Counted from the first letter of the stretch, positions 1-10,399 are shown. The stretch: DNA of 64,000 nucleotides from an uncultured bacterium (GCA_964619725.1 CAZUFC010000003.1:49763-113762); one strand, 5' to 3'. Made by a program: numbers and translations. The notes: a model not told the origin generated them from the sequence alone.

Positions 1-2
1 AC

Positions 3-1298
3 ACGGGTCCGCTGGGTCCCCAAGGTGTTACTGGTTTGACAGGTCCTCAGGGCGATACGGGTCCGCTGGGTCCCCAAGGTGTTACTGGTTTGACAGGTCC
101 TCAGGGCGACACGGGCCCGCTGGGTCCTCAAGGCGATACGGGTCCGCTGGGTCCCCAAGGTGTTACTGGTTTGACAGGTCCTCAAGGCGATACCGGACCG
201 CTGGGCCCTCAGGGCGAAACGGGACCGTCAGGCGAACAGGGTCACCAGGGCGATACGGGTCCGGTGGGCATGCAGGGCCCTCAAGGCGATACAGGTCCGA
301 GGGGTGAACAGGGTATGAAGGGTGACACCGGCCCGGTCGGCATTCAAGGCTTTCAAGGCGACACAGGTCCCGCAGGTCCGCAAGGTCCGACAGGTGCAAC
401 GGGTCCGCAGGGTATCCCTGGGGACCAGGGAGCGACCGGCCCTACCGGCGCGCAGGGGCCTCAAGGCGAGTTGGGTCCGACAGGTCCGACGGGACCGCAA
501 GGTATCCCTGGGGACCAGGGAGCGACCGGTCCTACCGGCGCGCAGGGGCCTCAAGGCGACCTTGGGCCGACTGGACCCACCGGTCCTATTGCAGGCACGA
601 ATAAACAATTAATTTACAATGACGACGGCGATGCCGGCGGAGCGGAAATTTACTATGACGGTACGAACGCATATTTGGGCATCGGAACGGACACCCCGAC
701 AGCAGAATTGGATATCGACGGCAAATTTTACAACCGGGGCAAGACATTGAGCGGGTGGATGGAAGACGGCGACTGGTGGGATTTACAGTATAACGGCCCC
801 GATACCGTCGGGCAAACTATCATTGATATATTGACTGACCCCGCTTGTTTTACAGGAAGCTGCAATCCAAGCGTTCAAGAGATTTGGGTATATCAGAATG
901 GATCATGGTATTCTTACGTACCCGGCTGGCCAGAAAATGAACTTGACACATTGCCGATTCCAGACGGTCAGTTAGTCTGTTTTCGATTGCAGACGAGCGG
1001 CGATTGCTACGGAACAATAAATTTCCCCGGTGAAATAAGTTTCACGGGAGGACGACAGACGACGACAATCGGAGAGTTATGGGTAGGAGGCGACATCAGC
1101 GTAAGCGGCGGACAAATCAGCGTAGACGGCTCAACACACGTCACGGGAGGTCAGGTCAACGTAGGCGGAAAAATTTATATTTCAAACTCGACAAGTCCAG
1201 GAAATGCGCCGGCCGGCTCGGTGATAATCTTTTTCGACGGTCAGGACTTGAAATGCAAGAATGAAAACGGAACGGTAAGAACTATAGCCGATTTTTAA
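3..1298 (+). CDS. Collagen-like (Gly-X-Y) fibre/surface protein, 5'-truncated by the window edge
   Basis: Frame open from position 3; uninterrupted GXY repeats (GPQ/GDT/GPT) up to ~nt 590, then a fibre-shaft-like motif ([17 protein letters not shown]) and a globular C-terminus; stop TAA at 1296-1298. Confidence 0.85.
   Translation, partial: TGPLGPQGVTGLTGPQGDTGPLGPQGVTGLTGPQGDTGPLGPQGDTGPLGPQGVTGLTGPQGDTGPLGPQGETGPSGEQGHQGDTGPVGMQGPQGDTGPRGEQGMKGDTGPVGIQGFQGDTGPAGPQGPTGATGPQGIPGDQGATGPTGAQGPQGELGPTGPTGPQGIPGDQGATGPTGAQGPQGDLGPTGPTGPIAGTNKQLIYNDDGDAGGAEIYYDGTNAYLGIGTDTPTAELDIDGKFYNRGKTLSGWMEDGDWWDLQYNGPDTVGQTIIDILTDPACFTGSCNPSVQEIWVYQNGSWYSYVPGWPENELDTLPIPDGQLVCFRLQTSGDCYGTINFPGEISFTGGRQTTTIGELWVGGDISVSGGQISVDGSTHVTGGQVNVGGKIYISNSTSPGNAPAGSVIIFFDGQDLKCKNENGTVRTIADF
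384..563 (+). repeat. 90-bp near-identical tandem duplication within the collagen region (plus 54/27-bp units in nt 1-210)
   Basis: 384-473 and 474-563 encode GPTG(A/P)[23 protein letters not shown](E/D)L with near-identical DNA; the [18 protein letters not shown] unit recurs at the start of the window. Confidence 0.85.
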
Positions 1299-1641
1299 GC
1301 TGCATTGTTCAATTAATGGGCATTGAACAAATATAGGTATTTTGAGATTACAATTCGGTCAGTACGAAATCTGCAAAGGGCCGGGAGAGATAATAATTCT
1401 ATACGCGTTTGCGGTTCCGTGAGAAGAAAATCAACCCCTGATACGCTCATGCCCACGCTTCGTCGCGAGCGACTCGCATCGAGATAAGCCTCTCTGCCCC
1501 ATTTGATAATGGAAATTTCACTCAGTCAATTTTTTTGCAGGCAAAAACTGTTACCCCTGTTTGATCAGCCCCAAATAATGTTTTTCAGAGTTCACGCCGT
1601 TTATTGAACTTTATTATTTGACGGCAAAGAATATTAAGGCA

Positions 1642-2610
1642 TTAATTTTTATGATTGATGAATCTGGAATCTGAAGTTTCCGGAATTTCCGCCCTGTCAT
1701 GCAGTTCTTCGATCAGGCGTCTGTTGACGCCGATAAGATCGGCCAGAACTCCGATTAAAATAAGGAAAAAACCGAAAATAAAAAAAATGGCGGCGATGAG
1801 GAGGGATTGAACTTTGCCGGACGGCTCAGGCCAGGAGATCAGGTAATAGTAGAAGAACCGGAAAAAGAGGGCGCTGCCGAGGACCAGACAGATAAAGCCG
1901 CTTCTGGAAAACAGTTTGACCGGGCTGTAAAGAGCCCATACTCTCAGGATGGTTCCGGTTTGTTTTCGCACGTAATACCAGTTGCCTCGAAAAAGCCGGC
2001 TGGGTCGCGTCGGCGGGTTGGTTTTAATGGGGACGGTCGCTACCCTTAAACCGCTTTTAGCCGCTTGAATAAGCGTTTCAACGGTGTAGGTGAAATCGGA
2101 AAAAATTTTCATTCTTCTAGCGGCTGTGCGCGAATAAGCACGGAATCCCGTCGTAACGTCAGGAATTTTCACTCCGGTCAGAAACTGCACCACACGGCTT
2201 CCCGCCTTCTGCAGAAACGTCTTTATGCGTGAAAAATGTTCGATTTCATCGAAGGGGCGGCATCCTATAACCATATCGGCATCGCCTTTTATGACAGGTT
2301 GTATCAGATTCGATATGAAACGTCCCTGATACTGATTATCGCCGTCGGTATTGACGATAATATCCGCGCCCATCGACAAAGCATGCCTGATGCCGGAAGC
2401 GAAAGCATGCGCCAATCCCTGATGATATGGCATGGAAAGAACTTCGGCCCCCATTTTTCTGGCGATCTCAACCGTATCGTCCGTTGAACCGTCATCAATA
2501 ATCAAAATCTTCAGTTCATCAATGCCCGGAATTTCTTTGGGAATATCCTCAATCGTCCGGGCCAAAGTGCCGGCTTCATTATAGCAGGGAATCTGTATGA
2601 CAAGTTTCAT
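1642..2610 (-). CDS. Glycosyltransferase family 2 (DPM1/GtrB-like) with C-terminal TM helices
   Basis: IPCYNE, IIDDGSTD, DGDNQY (DxD) and DVTTGFRAY motifs; two hydrophobic C-terminal helices. Confidence 0.9.
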   Translation of the reverse strand: MKLVIQIPCYNEAGTLARTIEDIPKEIPGIDELKILIIDDGSTDDTVEIARKMGAEVLSMPYHQGLAHAFASGIRHALSMGADIIVNTDGDNQYQGRFISNLIQPVIKGDADMVIGCRPFDEIEHFSRIKTFLQKAGSRVVQFLTGVKIPDVTTGFRAYSRTAARRMKIFSDFTYTVETLIQAAKSGLRVATVPIKTNPPTRPSRLFRGNWYYVRKQTGTILRVWALYSPVKLFSRSGFICLVLGSALFFRFFYYYLISWPEPSGKVQSLLIAAIFFIFGFFLILIGVLADLIGVNRRLIEELHDRAEIPETSDSRFINHKN

Positions 2611-2934
2611 TTGAATTCATGATTTATGAAGATACGATTGAAAAACGCTTAAATCCAAAATCATTCATTCTATAAGAGACAATGCCGCAAATGTCAAGAG
2701 GCTGCGCCGGCTCGACTCGCTTTCACTGCCCGGAATCAAACCGGACGGCGAAGAACGGTTTCCTTATTTGGGGAACAGGAATCCTTAAATGAGGAATGAT
2801 TGGAAAACGAATCCGCATACGAGGTGATTTCGGAATCCAATCGACAAGATTTTTTCAAAACACATGCATTTATCTTATTGATAATAAAAAACTTTTCATA
2901 TATTCTTCGTCGCGTCGGCTAAGAAAGCCTGAAC

Positions 2935-2950
2935 TGGCACGGCAGTTGCT
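2935..2950 (+). promoter_or_regulatory. sigma54 (-24/-12) promoter
   Basis: TGGCAC-GGCAG-TTGCT is an exact match to TGGCAC-N5-TTGCW, ~70 nt upstream of the ATG at 3020 (SD AAGGAGG). Confidence 0.85.
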
Positions 2951-3019
2951 TTATCATCAAGCGAAGAGGCTCTTCGCTGAAGCAGAGTTAGTTTTTCATT
3001 TTTTCTAAGGAGGTTAACA

Positions 3020-4054
3020 ATGTCTGTACAATTCAAGAGATGGGTCGGTTTAACGGTCGTTTTCCTGATGTCCTGTCTGGTCGTCGGATGGATCAGCGGC
3101 GCAGAAAAAGACGGAAAAGAAACAAAGGAGAAAAGAATAATCATTATGGGAGACGATGAATTAGGTTTAGATGATCTGAAAGACGGCGAAACGAAAGTTA
3201 TTGAAAGAGAAGACAAAATCATTAAAGCGACCAGGGACGGCGAGATGTTGACGATAGAAGTTGAAGAAAAGAACGGCGAAGGAGAAAAGACGTCCATCGT
3301 TATGAACGAGGAAGAGGAAATGGAAGTCGTCGTTCGAAAAAGTGATGGTGAGAAGCAGGTGAAAAAGATTGTGATAAAGGGAGCTGAAGGAAAAGAATGC
3401 CGGAAAACGCGAAAAATCATTATTGATGAGATGGATGATTCGGAAGGCGAGGAAGCGAAAACGAGGACGGTCGTGGTCGACGAGGACGGAACTATTGTCA
3501 TCAACGGCGAAAAGATCATTGACAAAGGGGAAGTGACCTCTATGAAAAATGTGGACGTAAATGAAATTACAGAGCAGGTTATGAAGAGCCTGGAGGAAGC
3601 AGGCATCCTTAACGGCGAATTTGCTTACTCAATTGACGGAGATAAAATTGCGATGACTGTAAAGAAGAAACTTGAAGGTCTCGATGCGCTGGAGGAGCTT
3701 GCAGATTTGGCAGCGTTGCAGGAATTGAAAAACATCGACCTGTCTGGTTTGAAGGAGCTGGAAAATCTCCTAATTTTAAAGGATATTGATTTGTCGGGTT
3801 TAGAGGAGCTTGAAGACCTTGAAGTCGAACTTGAAGAAATGATGAAAACGATTGAGGGGCGGGGGAACGAAGAACATTATGAAACGTTTAAATGTCCGGA
3901 AGACAATACCGTTGTGAAAATACCTTCGGAGGAATTCACGGGAAACAATCCGCGCTGCCCTGTGTGCGGGGGTGAGATGGAGAAGATTGAGACCCCGAAA
4001 ACCAAAGTGATCAAGATGCGTCGTCAAAAAACGGAAAGAGAGAATCAGGAGTAA
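3020..4054 (+). CDS. Exported low-complexity Glu/Lys-rich protein with C-terminal Cys knuckle (heavy-metal-binding-domain-like)
   Basis: N-terminal signal/TM; repeated LK(N/D)IDLSGL(K/E)ELE(N/D)L; C-terminal FKCPED...PRCPVCGGEM; strong SD. Confidence 0.7.
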   Translation: MSVQFKRWVGLTVVFLMSCLVVGWISGAEKDGKETKEKRIIIMGDDELGLDDLKDGETKVIEREDKIIKATRDGEMLTIEVEEKNGEGEKTSIVMNEEEEMEVVVRKSDGEKQVKKIVIKGAEGKECRKTRKIIIDEMDDSEGEEAKTRTVVVDEDGTIVINGEKIIDKGEVTSMKNVDVNEITEQVMKSLEEAGILNGEFAYSIDGDKIAMTVKKKLEGLDALEELADLAALQELKNIDLSGLKELENLLILKDIDLSGLEELEDLEVELEEMMKTIEGRGNEEHYETFKCPEDNTVVKIPSEEFTGNNPRCPVCGGEMEKIETPKTKVIKMRRQKTERENQE

Positions 4055-4092
4055 ATTTTTATCTGAAATCGCTTTTTCGCATTATAAAAAAT

Positions 4093-4129
4093 CGACGGAA
4101 GCTCATCCGGGAAAAAGGGGTTTCCGTCG
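4093..4129. terminator. Hairpin between convergent genes (probable terminator)
   Basis: CGACGGAAGCTC...GGGTTTCCGTCG stem flanked by A and T runs. Confidence 0.5.
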
Positions 4130-4131
4130 TT

Positions 4132-5847
4132 TTAATTTCTGATAAAGGCTTGATAGATATAAGTCAGGATTTTTTCTTCACCGGGTTTAAGTGAGAGTTC
4201 CCAAATCAGGCGATGTTTGGGATTGACCTGTTTGAGCCCTTTGTTGATCTTCAAGTCTTCGGCTTCAAGTGAAGTATCCAGGACTTCGCCTGATAGTTCT
4301 TTCGTGATTTCGATATCGGCTGTTTTATCCAGGCGTGAGCGAATTTTGCATTCGCCGCGGATTCTGACCAGATCGTAGGTCCAACCGTGGATACGCTGGG
4401 CATCCCTTTTTCTTTCAACCTCAAATTCAGCCTGTTCTGCCAGGATATTCATGGCGCGATTGATGCGTATGGTGGTTTCAGCTCCTGGGGCAGTGTAATA
4501 GCAGACGTCCTGTCCGGTAAAGGAACCGTTTTTGATGAAGGCCGCCGGGGCGGTAGTGAGCGGCATTTCTAATTGATTGACCAGCCTGCAGGAGTGCCAG
4601 ATTTCCTCCTCCCTTTTACCGTCCGGACGAGAACTTTCATATTGGTAGCGTTCTTCCTGATCAAGGTAATCTTTGATTTTCCAAGTATAAATGTGTTTAT
4701 AAGGCATTTCGGACGAAAACAAGGGTAGATAAGCTCTTTTTCCTTTCAAAAGCGAGAAGTCGTCTACGGGATATAAATAAAGGTCTTCAGAGACCTGTCC
4801 TTTCATTTTTGTCGAAAAATCCGCTGCATCACCTTCAGCATAACTCATTAAAGCGCTTTGATTGAGCACGTATGCTGCCTGGCTCCTCATACCGCTTCTT
4901 CCATACTGATCGTCCAGGTTATTGAGAGAGTTTATGAATTCGGCGAGTGATCCTTTCATACTCAAAGGACTCGTAACGTCGCTGAATTTGATGTTCGGGT
5001 ATCCGCTGATCAGGTTCAGTTCAACGCTGGTCAGATTCATAGCTTCGTTGATGACGACAGCTTTTGCCGTAAAGAGGGCGTTTTCCGGTTGCGAAAGATC
5101 AATCAGGTAAGAGGGCGCCCAGGAAATGCCTTTCGCCAGGAAAGCGACGTCGATCTCCTGGTCGGGTGCAGGATTCTCAAGTTCAATAATTATACAGGAA
5201 TGTTGAGTTGCGGTTTCTGCATGCGTTTCTATCTGTGAATGATTGAAATCAACCCGATTGATCATGCCTGATTTTAAAACCGTCACTCCGTCTGAAGTCT
5301 CCAGCATGATCAGGTCCGAACCCGTGCCGCCGGCGCTGGAAGAAAGTCGGGGAATATAGGCGGGGGAAGGATTGGAGATATCCAATAAAGTCGATTCGCC
5401 TGCTGCGGCGGGTCGCGCAACAGGAATATTTACGAGAATTCCTCGGATCGTGTTTTTTTCTTCCATTCCCGTACTCAGGACGACTTCCCGGCCCGGATTT
5501 TTCTGCAATAGCGCTCCCAAATCCTTAACGGGTCTTCTTTCCGTCTTACTTTCAATATCGCTTATGACGCGTTTCAGTTCGACTTCCGGAGAGTGATTCA
5601 GCCAGAATGCCCCGTGTGCCGCCGGGGGGATATCTCTAATAACCAGTTTCGTTTCTTTTTCCGGCAGTTTTATCTTTCCCTTGAAGAAACCTAATCCGTT
5701 TTTGAATAATGAAATGGACTGCATGGACAGCCCGGTATCATGACCCGGCGCATGATGTTCCTCCTGAGCCTGACATGGAAGTGAAGCGCAGGTTATAATC
5801 ATGATGCAATATAGGGAAAATATCGTTCTGATGAATCCAGTTTTCAT
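4132..5847 (-). CDS. Secreted DUF4140/DUF4139-like protein
   Basis: Signal peptide (CQA|Q); SLFKNGLGFF, GISWAPSY, C-terminal WELSLKPGEEKILTY typical of this family; SD GAGG. Confidence 0.7.
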   Translation of the reverse strand: MKTGFIRTIFSLYCIMIITCASLPCQAQEEHHAPGHDTGLSMQSISLFKNGLGFFKGKIKLPEKETKLVIRDIPPAAHGAFWLNHSPEVELKRVISDIESKTERRPVKDLGALLQKNPGREVVLSTGMEEKNTIRGILVNIPVARPAAAGESTLLDISNPSPAYIPRLSSSAGGTGSDLIMLETSDGVTVLKSGMINRVDFNHSQIETHAETATQHSCIIIELENPAPDQEIDVAFLAKGISWAPSYLIDLSQPENALFTAKAVVINEAMNLTSVELNLISGYPNIKFSDVTSPLSMKGSLAEFINSLNNLDDQYGRSGMRSQAAYVLNQSALMSYAEGDAADFSTKMKGQVSEDLYLYPVDDFSLLKGKRAYLPLFSSEMPYKHIYTWKIKDYLDQEERYQYESSRPDGKREEEIWHSCRLVNQLEMPLTTAPAAFIKNGSFTGQDVCYYTAPGAETTIRINRAMNILAEQAEFEVERKRDAQRIHGWTYDLVRIRGECKIRSRLDKTADIEITKELSGEVLDTSLEAEDLKINKGLKQVNPKHRLIWELSLKPGEEKILTYIYQAFIRN

Positions 5848-6062
5848 TTGACTTAACCTCCGATAAATGCTTTTTTAACCGATATTCCGAATTGACCAGA
5901 ACCTCTTTCATCGCTGACCTGCATCAGCCGTATTGAGGTCCTTGAAGCTTTCAACCTGCATTATGATGTGATTTTCGGCAATTCTCAACAGGCTGCCGGA
6001 TCGCATGAGGATTATATTTGCACAAGCCGGCGGAAAATGTTATACGGGAGAGGGAGTTTAAG

Positions 6063-7487
6063 ATGGCGTCCGGCAAGAAAATTTTATTGTTCAGACCTTA
6101 CAACAGGACATCAATGCTTATACCCAATCATGGTTTGGGATATCTTGCCGCTGCATTGAGAAATAGTGGTTATGACGTTGAATTGACGGATTGCATCCGT
6201 GAGAGAATGACTCACGAAATGTTCGCTGAATTTATCAGGGATAGAGAAGACCTGTTAATAGGCGTTCAGGTTTTCACTTTCGATTTGAACTCGACCGCGC
6301 AGCATCTGAAAACAATAAGAGTAAGATTCCCCGATGTTCCCATCTGCCTGGGAGGACCTCATCCTTCCGCGATGCCGGAGCAAACCTTGAAAGACTTTCC
6401 GGAGGCTGATTTCGTTTTTAACGGCGAGGCAGACAGGAGTTTGCCTGCTCTGGCTGAAAAGATTGCGGGAGGAGCTGCGCCGGGCAGGGAGGATTTTTCC
6501 GGCATCGCAAACCTGGTGTGGCGGAGGAATGGAGAGTTCGTTCATAACGAAAGGGAAGTGATAGAGGACCTGGATTCTCTGGGAATGCCCGCCTGGGACC
6601 TGATCGATCCTTTATCTTATCCCCTGGCCCCGCAAGGAACCTTTTTAAAGAAAGTCCCTTTCGCACCGATAATCGTTACCAGAGGTTGTCCTTTCAAATG
6701 CACTTTTTGCGCAGGATACATCATCGGAGGGCGCCGGCTGAGAAGCCGGTCGGTTGAAAACGTCATTGATGAGATAGAATATCTCGTTAAAAACTACGGC
6801 ATTAAAGAAATTCATATCCAGGACGACAACTTTACATTTTACCGCGATTTCGTCGTTAATTTCTGCCAGAGTTTATTGAAAAAGAACCTGGGTATCGTAT
6901 GGGCCTGCCCTAACGGAGTTCGACTGGATACTCTGGATGAAGAAGTTTTACGATTGATGGAAGATTCAGGTTGCTGGTCTATCGCCGTCGGAATTGAATC
7001 TGGAAGCCAGAGAATCCTGAAACTCATGAAAAAAAATTTAACCCTGGACAAAGTTCGTGAAAAACTGGCTCTCATCAGAAAGACGACACGTATTCGCGTC
7101 ACGGGCTTTTTTATCCTGGGTTACCCTTCAGAAACTCCCGAAGAAATGAAGAAAACTGTGGATTTTTCCTTGAAACTCGACATAGATAAAGTTAATTTCG
7201 GAATCCTCATGCCGCTGCCGGGCACGGAAGTGACCCGTTTGCTGCAAAAAAAAGGATTACTGGGGGACGATATAGACTGGAGCCGAATGTCTGAATACAG
7301 AAGTCCTTATACGCCGCCCGGATTCACTGAAAAAAGTTTCCGCAAGATTTTTCAGAAGGCCTTCTTCCGTTTCTATTTTCGGCCTCACATCATATATCGT
7401 TTTTTAGGCGAAATACGGTCATGGGACCAGGTAAAGATATTATGGAACAGATTCAAAGATGTGTTTGAACAAGGAAAAGATGCATGA
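6063..7487 (+). CDS. B12-binding radical SAM protein (class B methyltransferase-like)
   Basis: GLGYLAAAL and GGPHPS cobalamin domain; RGCPFKCTFC (CxxxCxxC); GIESGS. ATG 6063 behind GGGAG preferred over TTG 6018. Confidence 0.92.
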   Translation: MASGKKILLFRPYNRTSMLIPNHGLGYLAAALRNSGYDVELTDCIRERMTHEMFAEFIRDREDLLIGVQVFTFDLNSTAQHLKTIRVRFPDVPICLGGPHPSAMPEQTLKDFPEADFVFNGEADRSLPALAEKIAGGAAPGREDFSGIANLVWRRNGEFVHNEREVIEDLDSLGMPAWDLIDPLSYPLAPQGTFLKKVPFAPIIVTRGCPFKCTFCAGYIIGGRRLRSRSVENVIDEIEYLVKNYGIKEIHIQDDNFTFYRDFVVNFCQSLLKKNLGIVWACPNGVRLDTLDEEVLRLMEDSGCWSIAVGIESGSQRILKLMKKNLTLDKVREKLALIRKTTRIRVTGFFILGYPSETPEEMKKTVDFSLKLDIDKVNFGILMPLPGTEVTRLLQKKGLLGDDIDWSRMSEYRSPYTPPGFTEKSFRKIFQKAFFRFYFRPHIIYRFLGEIRSWDQVKILWNRFKDVFEQGKDA

Positions 7488-8566
7488 AACTGACGCGTAT
7501 GGGGGTTCGATTACCATTATCCAGGATACTGAAAAGACCTTATTCCTGTAATTTTAAGATAACGGAAAGGTGCAATCTCCGCTGCCCCATGTGCAACATC
7601 TGGAAAATCGCAAACAAAAGCAAAGAACTGTCCTTTGATCAAATGTGGACTGTTCGGGACAGGATAACGAATCTGGGCGTCGCACGGGTAGTAATTACAG
7701 GAGGAGAGCCTTTTTTGAGATCAGACCTGGAAAATATCACAGCGCTTTTCACTGGAGGCGGATTCTCCACTACGCTTCTGACGAACGGACTGGCAGCCTC
7801 TCCTGAACGACTGGAAAAAATGGTACAGGTTGGCCTGGATGATATCGGCATAAGCATAGACAGTCTGGACGCCGGCACGCAGGATGAAATGACGGGAGGC
7901 AAAAACGTCCTGGGAAAGATACTGGAAACCCTGAAAACAGCCGTAAGATTGCTCCCGGACGGAATCGTCCAGGTTATGACGACGGTTACGCCTAAAAATA
8001 TTAAAGAGGTACCCGGAATTGTCGAATTCGTCGCAGATGCCGGGGCATTATCGGTGATTAATCCCGTTAATTTACCGGCTGAAAAGGATGAGAATCGTTT
8101 ATTGAGTCGCGACAGCGAATACTTTCAATCGACGAAGTTTGATCCTGCCGAAGTCGATAATATTTACGATCGTATCGAAGATATGAAAGAGAAGGGCTAT
8201 CCGATTATTGTGTCCGACCGCTTCCTGAGAGAATCGCGACGCTATCTTAAAACGGGATATTTTAACTGGAAATGCCATGCCGGGATTCATTACTTCACTA
8301 TTTTCTCGGACGGCAGTCTTGCCGCCTGCAGCGACCTGGAACCGAAAATCAATATTTTGGATCCCGATTTCAAAAGGAAATTCCATTCCGCTGAGATGAA
8401 AAACGCTTTCGCTCAACAGAGAGCTGCCTGTTCGGGGTGCATATATTCCTGCTGGAGGGAAATTTCTTATTTACTTTATGATCCCTCTGTCGTCTACGAA
8501 CGTCTAAAATTGGGCGTTTCGCTGCTGAAAAAGAAAAAAAAACGGAAACCGGGAAAGACGAGTTGA
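7484..8566 (+). CDS. Radical SAM protein with SPASM/Twitch domain
   Basis: CNLRCPMC, ITGGEP, C-terminal CHAG...DG...C...CSGCIYSC; ATGA overlap with the upstream gene. Confidence 0.9.
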   Translation: MKLTRMGVRLPLSRILKRPYSCNFKITERCNLRCPMCNIWKIANKSKELSFDQMWTVRDRITNLGVARVVITGGEPFLRSDLENITALFTGGGFSTTLLTNGLAASPERLEKMVQVGLDDIGISIDSLDAGTQDEMTGGKNVLGKILETLKTAVRLLPDGIVQVMTTVTPKNIKEVPGIVEFVADAGALSVINPVNLPAEKDENRLLSRDSEYFQSTKFDPAEVDNIYDRIEDMKEKGYPIIVSDRFLRESRRYLKTGYFNWKCHAGIHYFTIFSDGSLAACSDLEPKINILDPDFKRKFHSAEMKNAFAQQRAACSGCIYSCWREISYLLYDPSVVYERLKLGVSLLKKKKKRKPGKTS

Positions 8567-8573
8567 AACGACA

Positions 8574-10061
8574 ATGAAGATACTGCTTGTAAGACCGCCT
8601 TATACGCGAATAAGAGGCGTCGGACAGACGTCATTTTTTCCGCTGGGGATCGGACATCTGGCTGCTGTTCTAAGGCAGGAGGGTCACGAAACTTACATTT
8701 ACTATGCGGAAAACCCGGGGCCCGGAGATGAGGTTCCTGTGCATCATAAACAGAAGGTGTTTGAAAGCAGGCATGAGGCTCATCAGCAATATGTAAAGTC
8801 AATTGAAAACGATGAATTGCCGGTCTGGCAGGAGTTTCGAAATATCGTCCAGGAGATTAAACCCGATGTGACGGGTATAAGTCTGCTTTCCGTCGAAGTC
8901 GCATCATCCCTGAAATTGACGAAAATAGCTAAACGCGAGCATCCCGAAACTTTCGTCGTGTGGGGAGGATCGCATCCCACGTTCATGCCGGAAGACTGCC
9001 TTGGATTCGATGAAGTGGATGCCGTAATTCGCGGCGAGGGGGAAAACACGATCAAAGACCTGGTTCAAGCTCTGGAATCAGGCGCAGATATCCAAAAAGT
9101 CCGCGGATTGTCCTTCAAGCTTAATAAATCCTTTATTCACAACAACATCGGTCCTCTTATCGAATCGCTCGATTCCATTCCTTTTCCCGCACGCGATGCC
9201 GTTTTGTTTCCGGAAAGATTCCCAACACCCTCTATGGGCGTCATTATGACAAGCAGAGGATGCCCCTGGCGATGCGGCTTCTGTTCTTCCCGCATTTTCT
9301 GGCAGAAAATAGTGCGTTTCCGGTCCGCAGAAAATGTTATGAAGGAAATTAAAGAAGTTCATGAGAAATACGGCACAAGATACTTCACCTTCTGGGATGA
9401 CGCCTTTACCATGGAAAGAGACAAAGCCGTCAGAATCTGCGAGCAGATTGAAAAACTTCGTCTGCCCATTTTCTGGAGAACAGCGACTCGCCTCGATCTG
9501 ATCGATCCGCCCCTCCTGAAATTGATGAAAAAAGCCGGATGCGTGCAGTTGGAAGTCGGCATTGAATCAGGAAGCCCCAGGATTCTCGATCTGATATGCA
9601 AAGACATTCAGTTATCCAAAGTGCGTTCCGCCATCGATATGGTAAACGATCACGGCATGGCTTGCGGAGTATTCTTCATGGCCGGATTTCCCGATGAAAC
9701 AGAAGAGGACCTAAGGTTGACGCTGAATACAATGGAAAAACTGAATACCTCCGAAATAGTGCTGAACGTATTCGATCCCATGCCCGGCAGCGATCAATAT
9801 GAACGACTCAAGGAACTCGATCTCATAAAAGAACCGGTCGACTGGCTGAATTTTGCTCTATGGCCTGATGCTCATTACGTTAAAAATATAACGCCCGAAA
9901 GATTCAACGAATTAATTGAAATGATCTCGGTATACGTCTTTAAATATAATAGAAGCTTCCCCGCCATTAAGCGACGGGCAATTCCTGAAATAAAAGCGTT
10001 GCTCAAAAAGGACCCGAAATTGCTCCTCAATAAAGCCTGGAGATTTTTGACGAAAAGATGA
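8574..10061 (+). CDS. B12-binding radical SAM protein
   Basis: PLGIGHLAAVL, GGSHPT, RGCPWRCGFC, GIESGS motifs. Confidence 0.92.
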   Translation: MKILLVRPPYTRIRGVGQTSFFPLGIGHLAAVLRQEGHETYIYYAENPGPGDEVPVHHKQKVFESRHEAHQQYVKSIENDELPVWQEFRNIVQEIKPDVTGISLLSVEVASSLKLTKIAKREHPETFVVWGGSHPTFMPEDCLGFDEVDAVIRGEGENTIKDLVQALESGADIQKVRGLSFKLNKSFIHNNIGPLIESLDSIPFPARDAVLFPERFPTPSMGVIMTSRGCPWRCGFCSSRIFWQKIVRFRSAENVMKEIKEVHEKYGTRYFTFWDDAFTMERDKAVRICEQIEKLRLPIFWRTATRLDLIDPPLLKLMKKAGCVQLEVGIESGSPRILDLICKDIQLSKVRSAIDMVNDHGMACGVFFMAGFPDETEEDLRLTLNTMEKLNTSEIVLNVFDPMPGSDQYERLKELDLIKEPVDWLNFALWPDAHYVKNITPERFNELIEMISVYVFKYNRSFPAIKRRAIPEIKALLKKDPKLLLNKAWRFLTKR

Positions 10062-10195
10062 TTAAAGATCAGCGTCTGAACGGAAGTAATTTTTAACTCG
10101 GCATGATGGGGCGGCCAGGCGCCGGGCAGCGCCTGACCAGCAGTAAAATTTTAATCGGTACTCGAATTTACGGCCAGGCGCGAGATGGCTTTAAC

Positions 10196-10399
10196 TAGTG
10201 TCTGTCCAAAAAATCGAAACTCGATTCAAAATTTTATGCTGGACAGCCACTGCGGTTTTTGATCCATAAACGAGCGAATTTTTCTTAAGACAAGGATGGT
10301 AAGGATTTGAGAGGCAGGGATGTTGCTTATACGTTGACTGAGCAAATCCGAAGACTGACGCAGAATTGGGGAAAATTCGCCGTTTATGGACAAAAACTA
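10196..10399. mobile_element. ~204-bp MITE-like non-autonomous repeat, copy 1
   Basis: Imperfect terminal inverted repeats TAGTGTCTGTCCAAAAA / TTTATGGACAAAAACTA; internal inverted repeat TCCATAAACG(A)GCGAATTTT / AAAATTCGCCGTTTATGGA; highly similar inverted copy at 63027-63230. Confidence 0.85.

Noticed and set aside
1-590. Regular repeats as a CRISPR array
   Set aside because: Repeat lengths are multiples of 9 nt, encode Gly-X-Y, and have no unique spacers; no cas genes.
600-1298. Diversity-generating retroelement target
   Set aside because: No reverse transcriptase and no adenine-variant template repeat seen in the window.
2896-3606. 236-aa minus-strand ORF
   Set aside because: Ser/Ile/Phe-rich shadow of the Glu/Lys-rich plus-strand gene, which has the SD and promoter.
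5890-5975. SAM or cobalamin riboswitch near the radical-SAM operon
   Set aside because: Only an ACCTGCAT repeat; conserved aptamer motifs not found.
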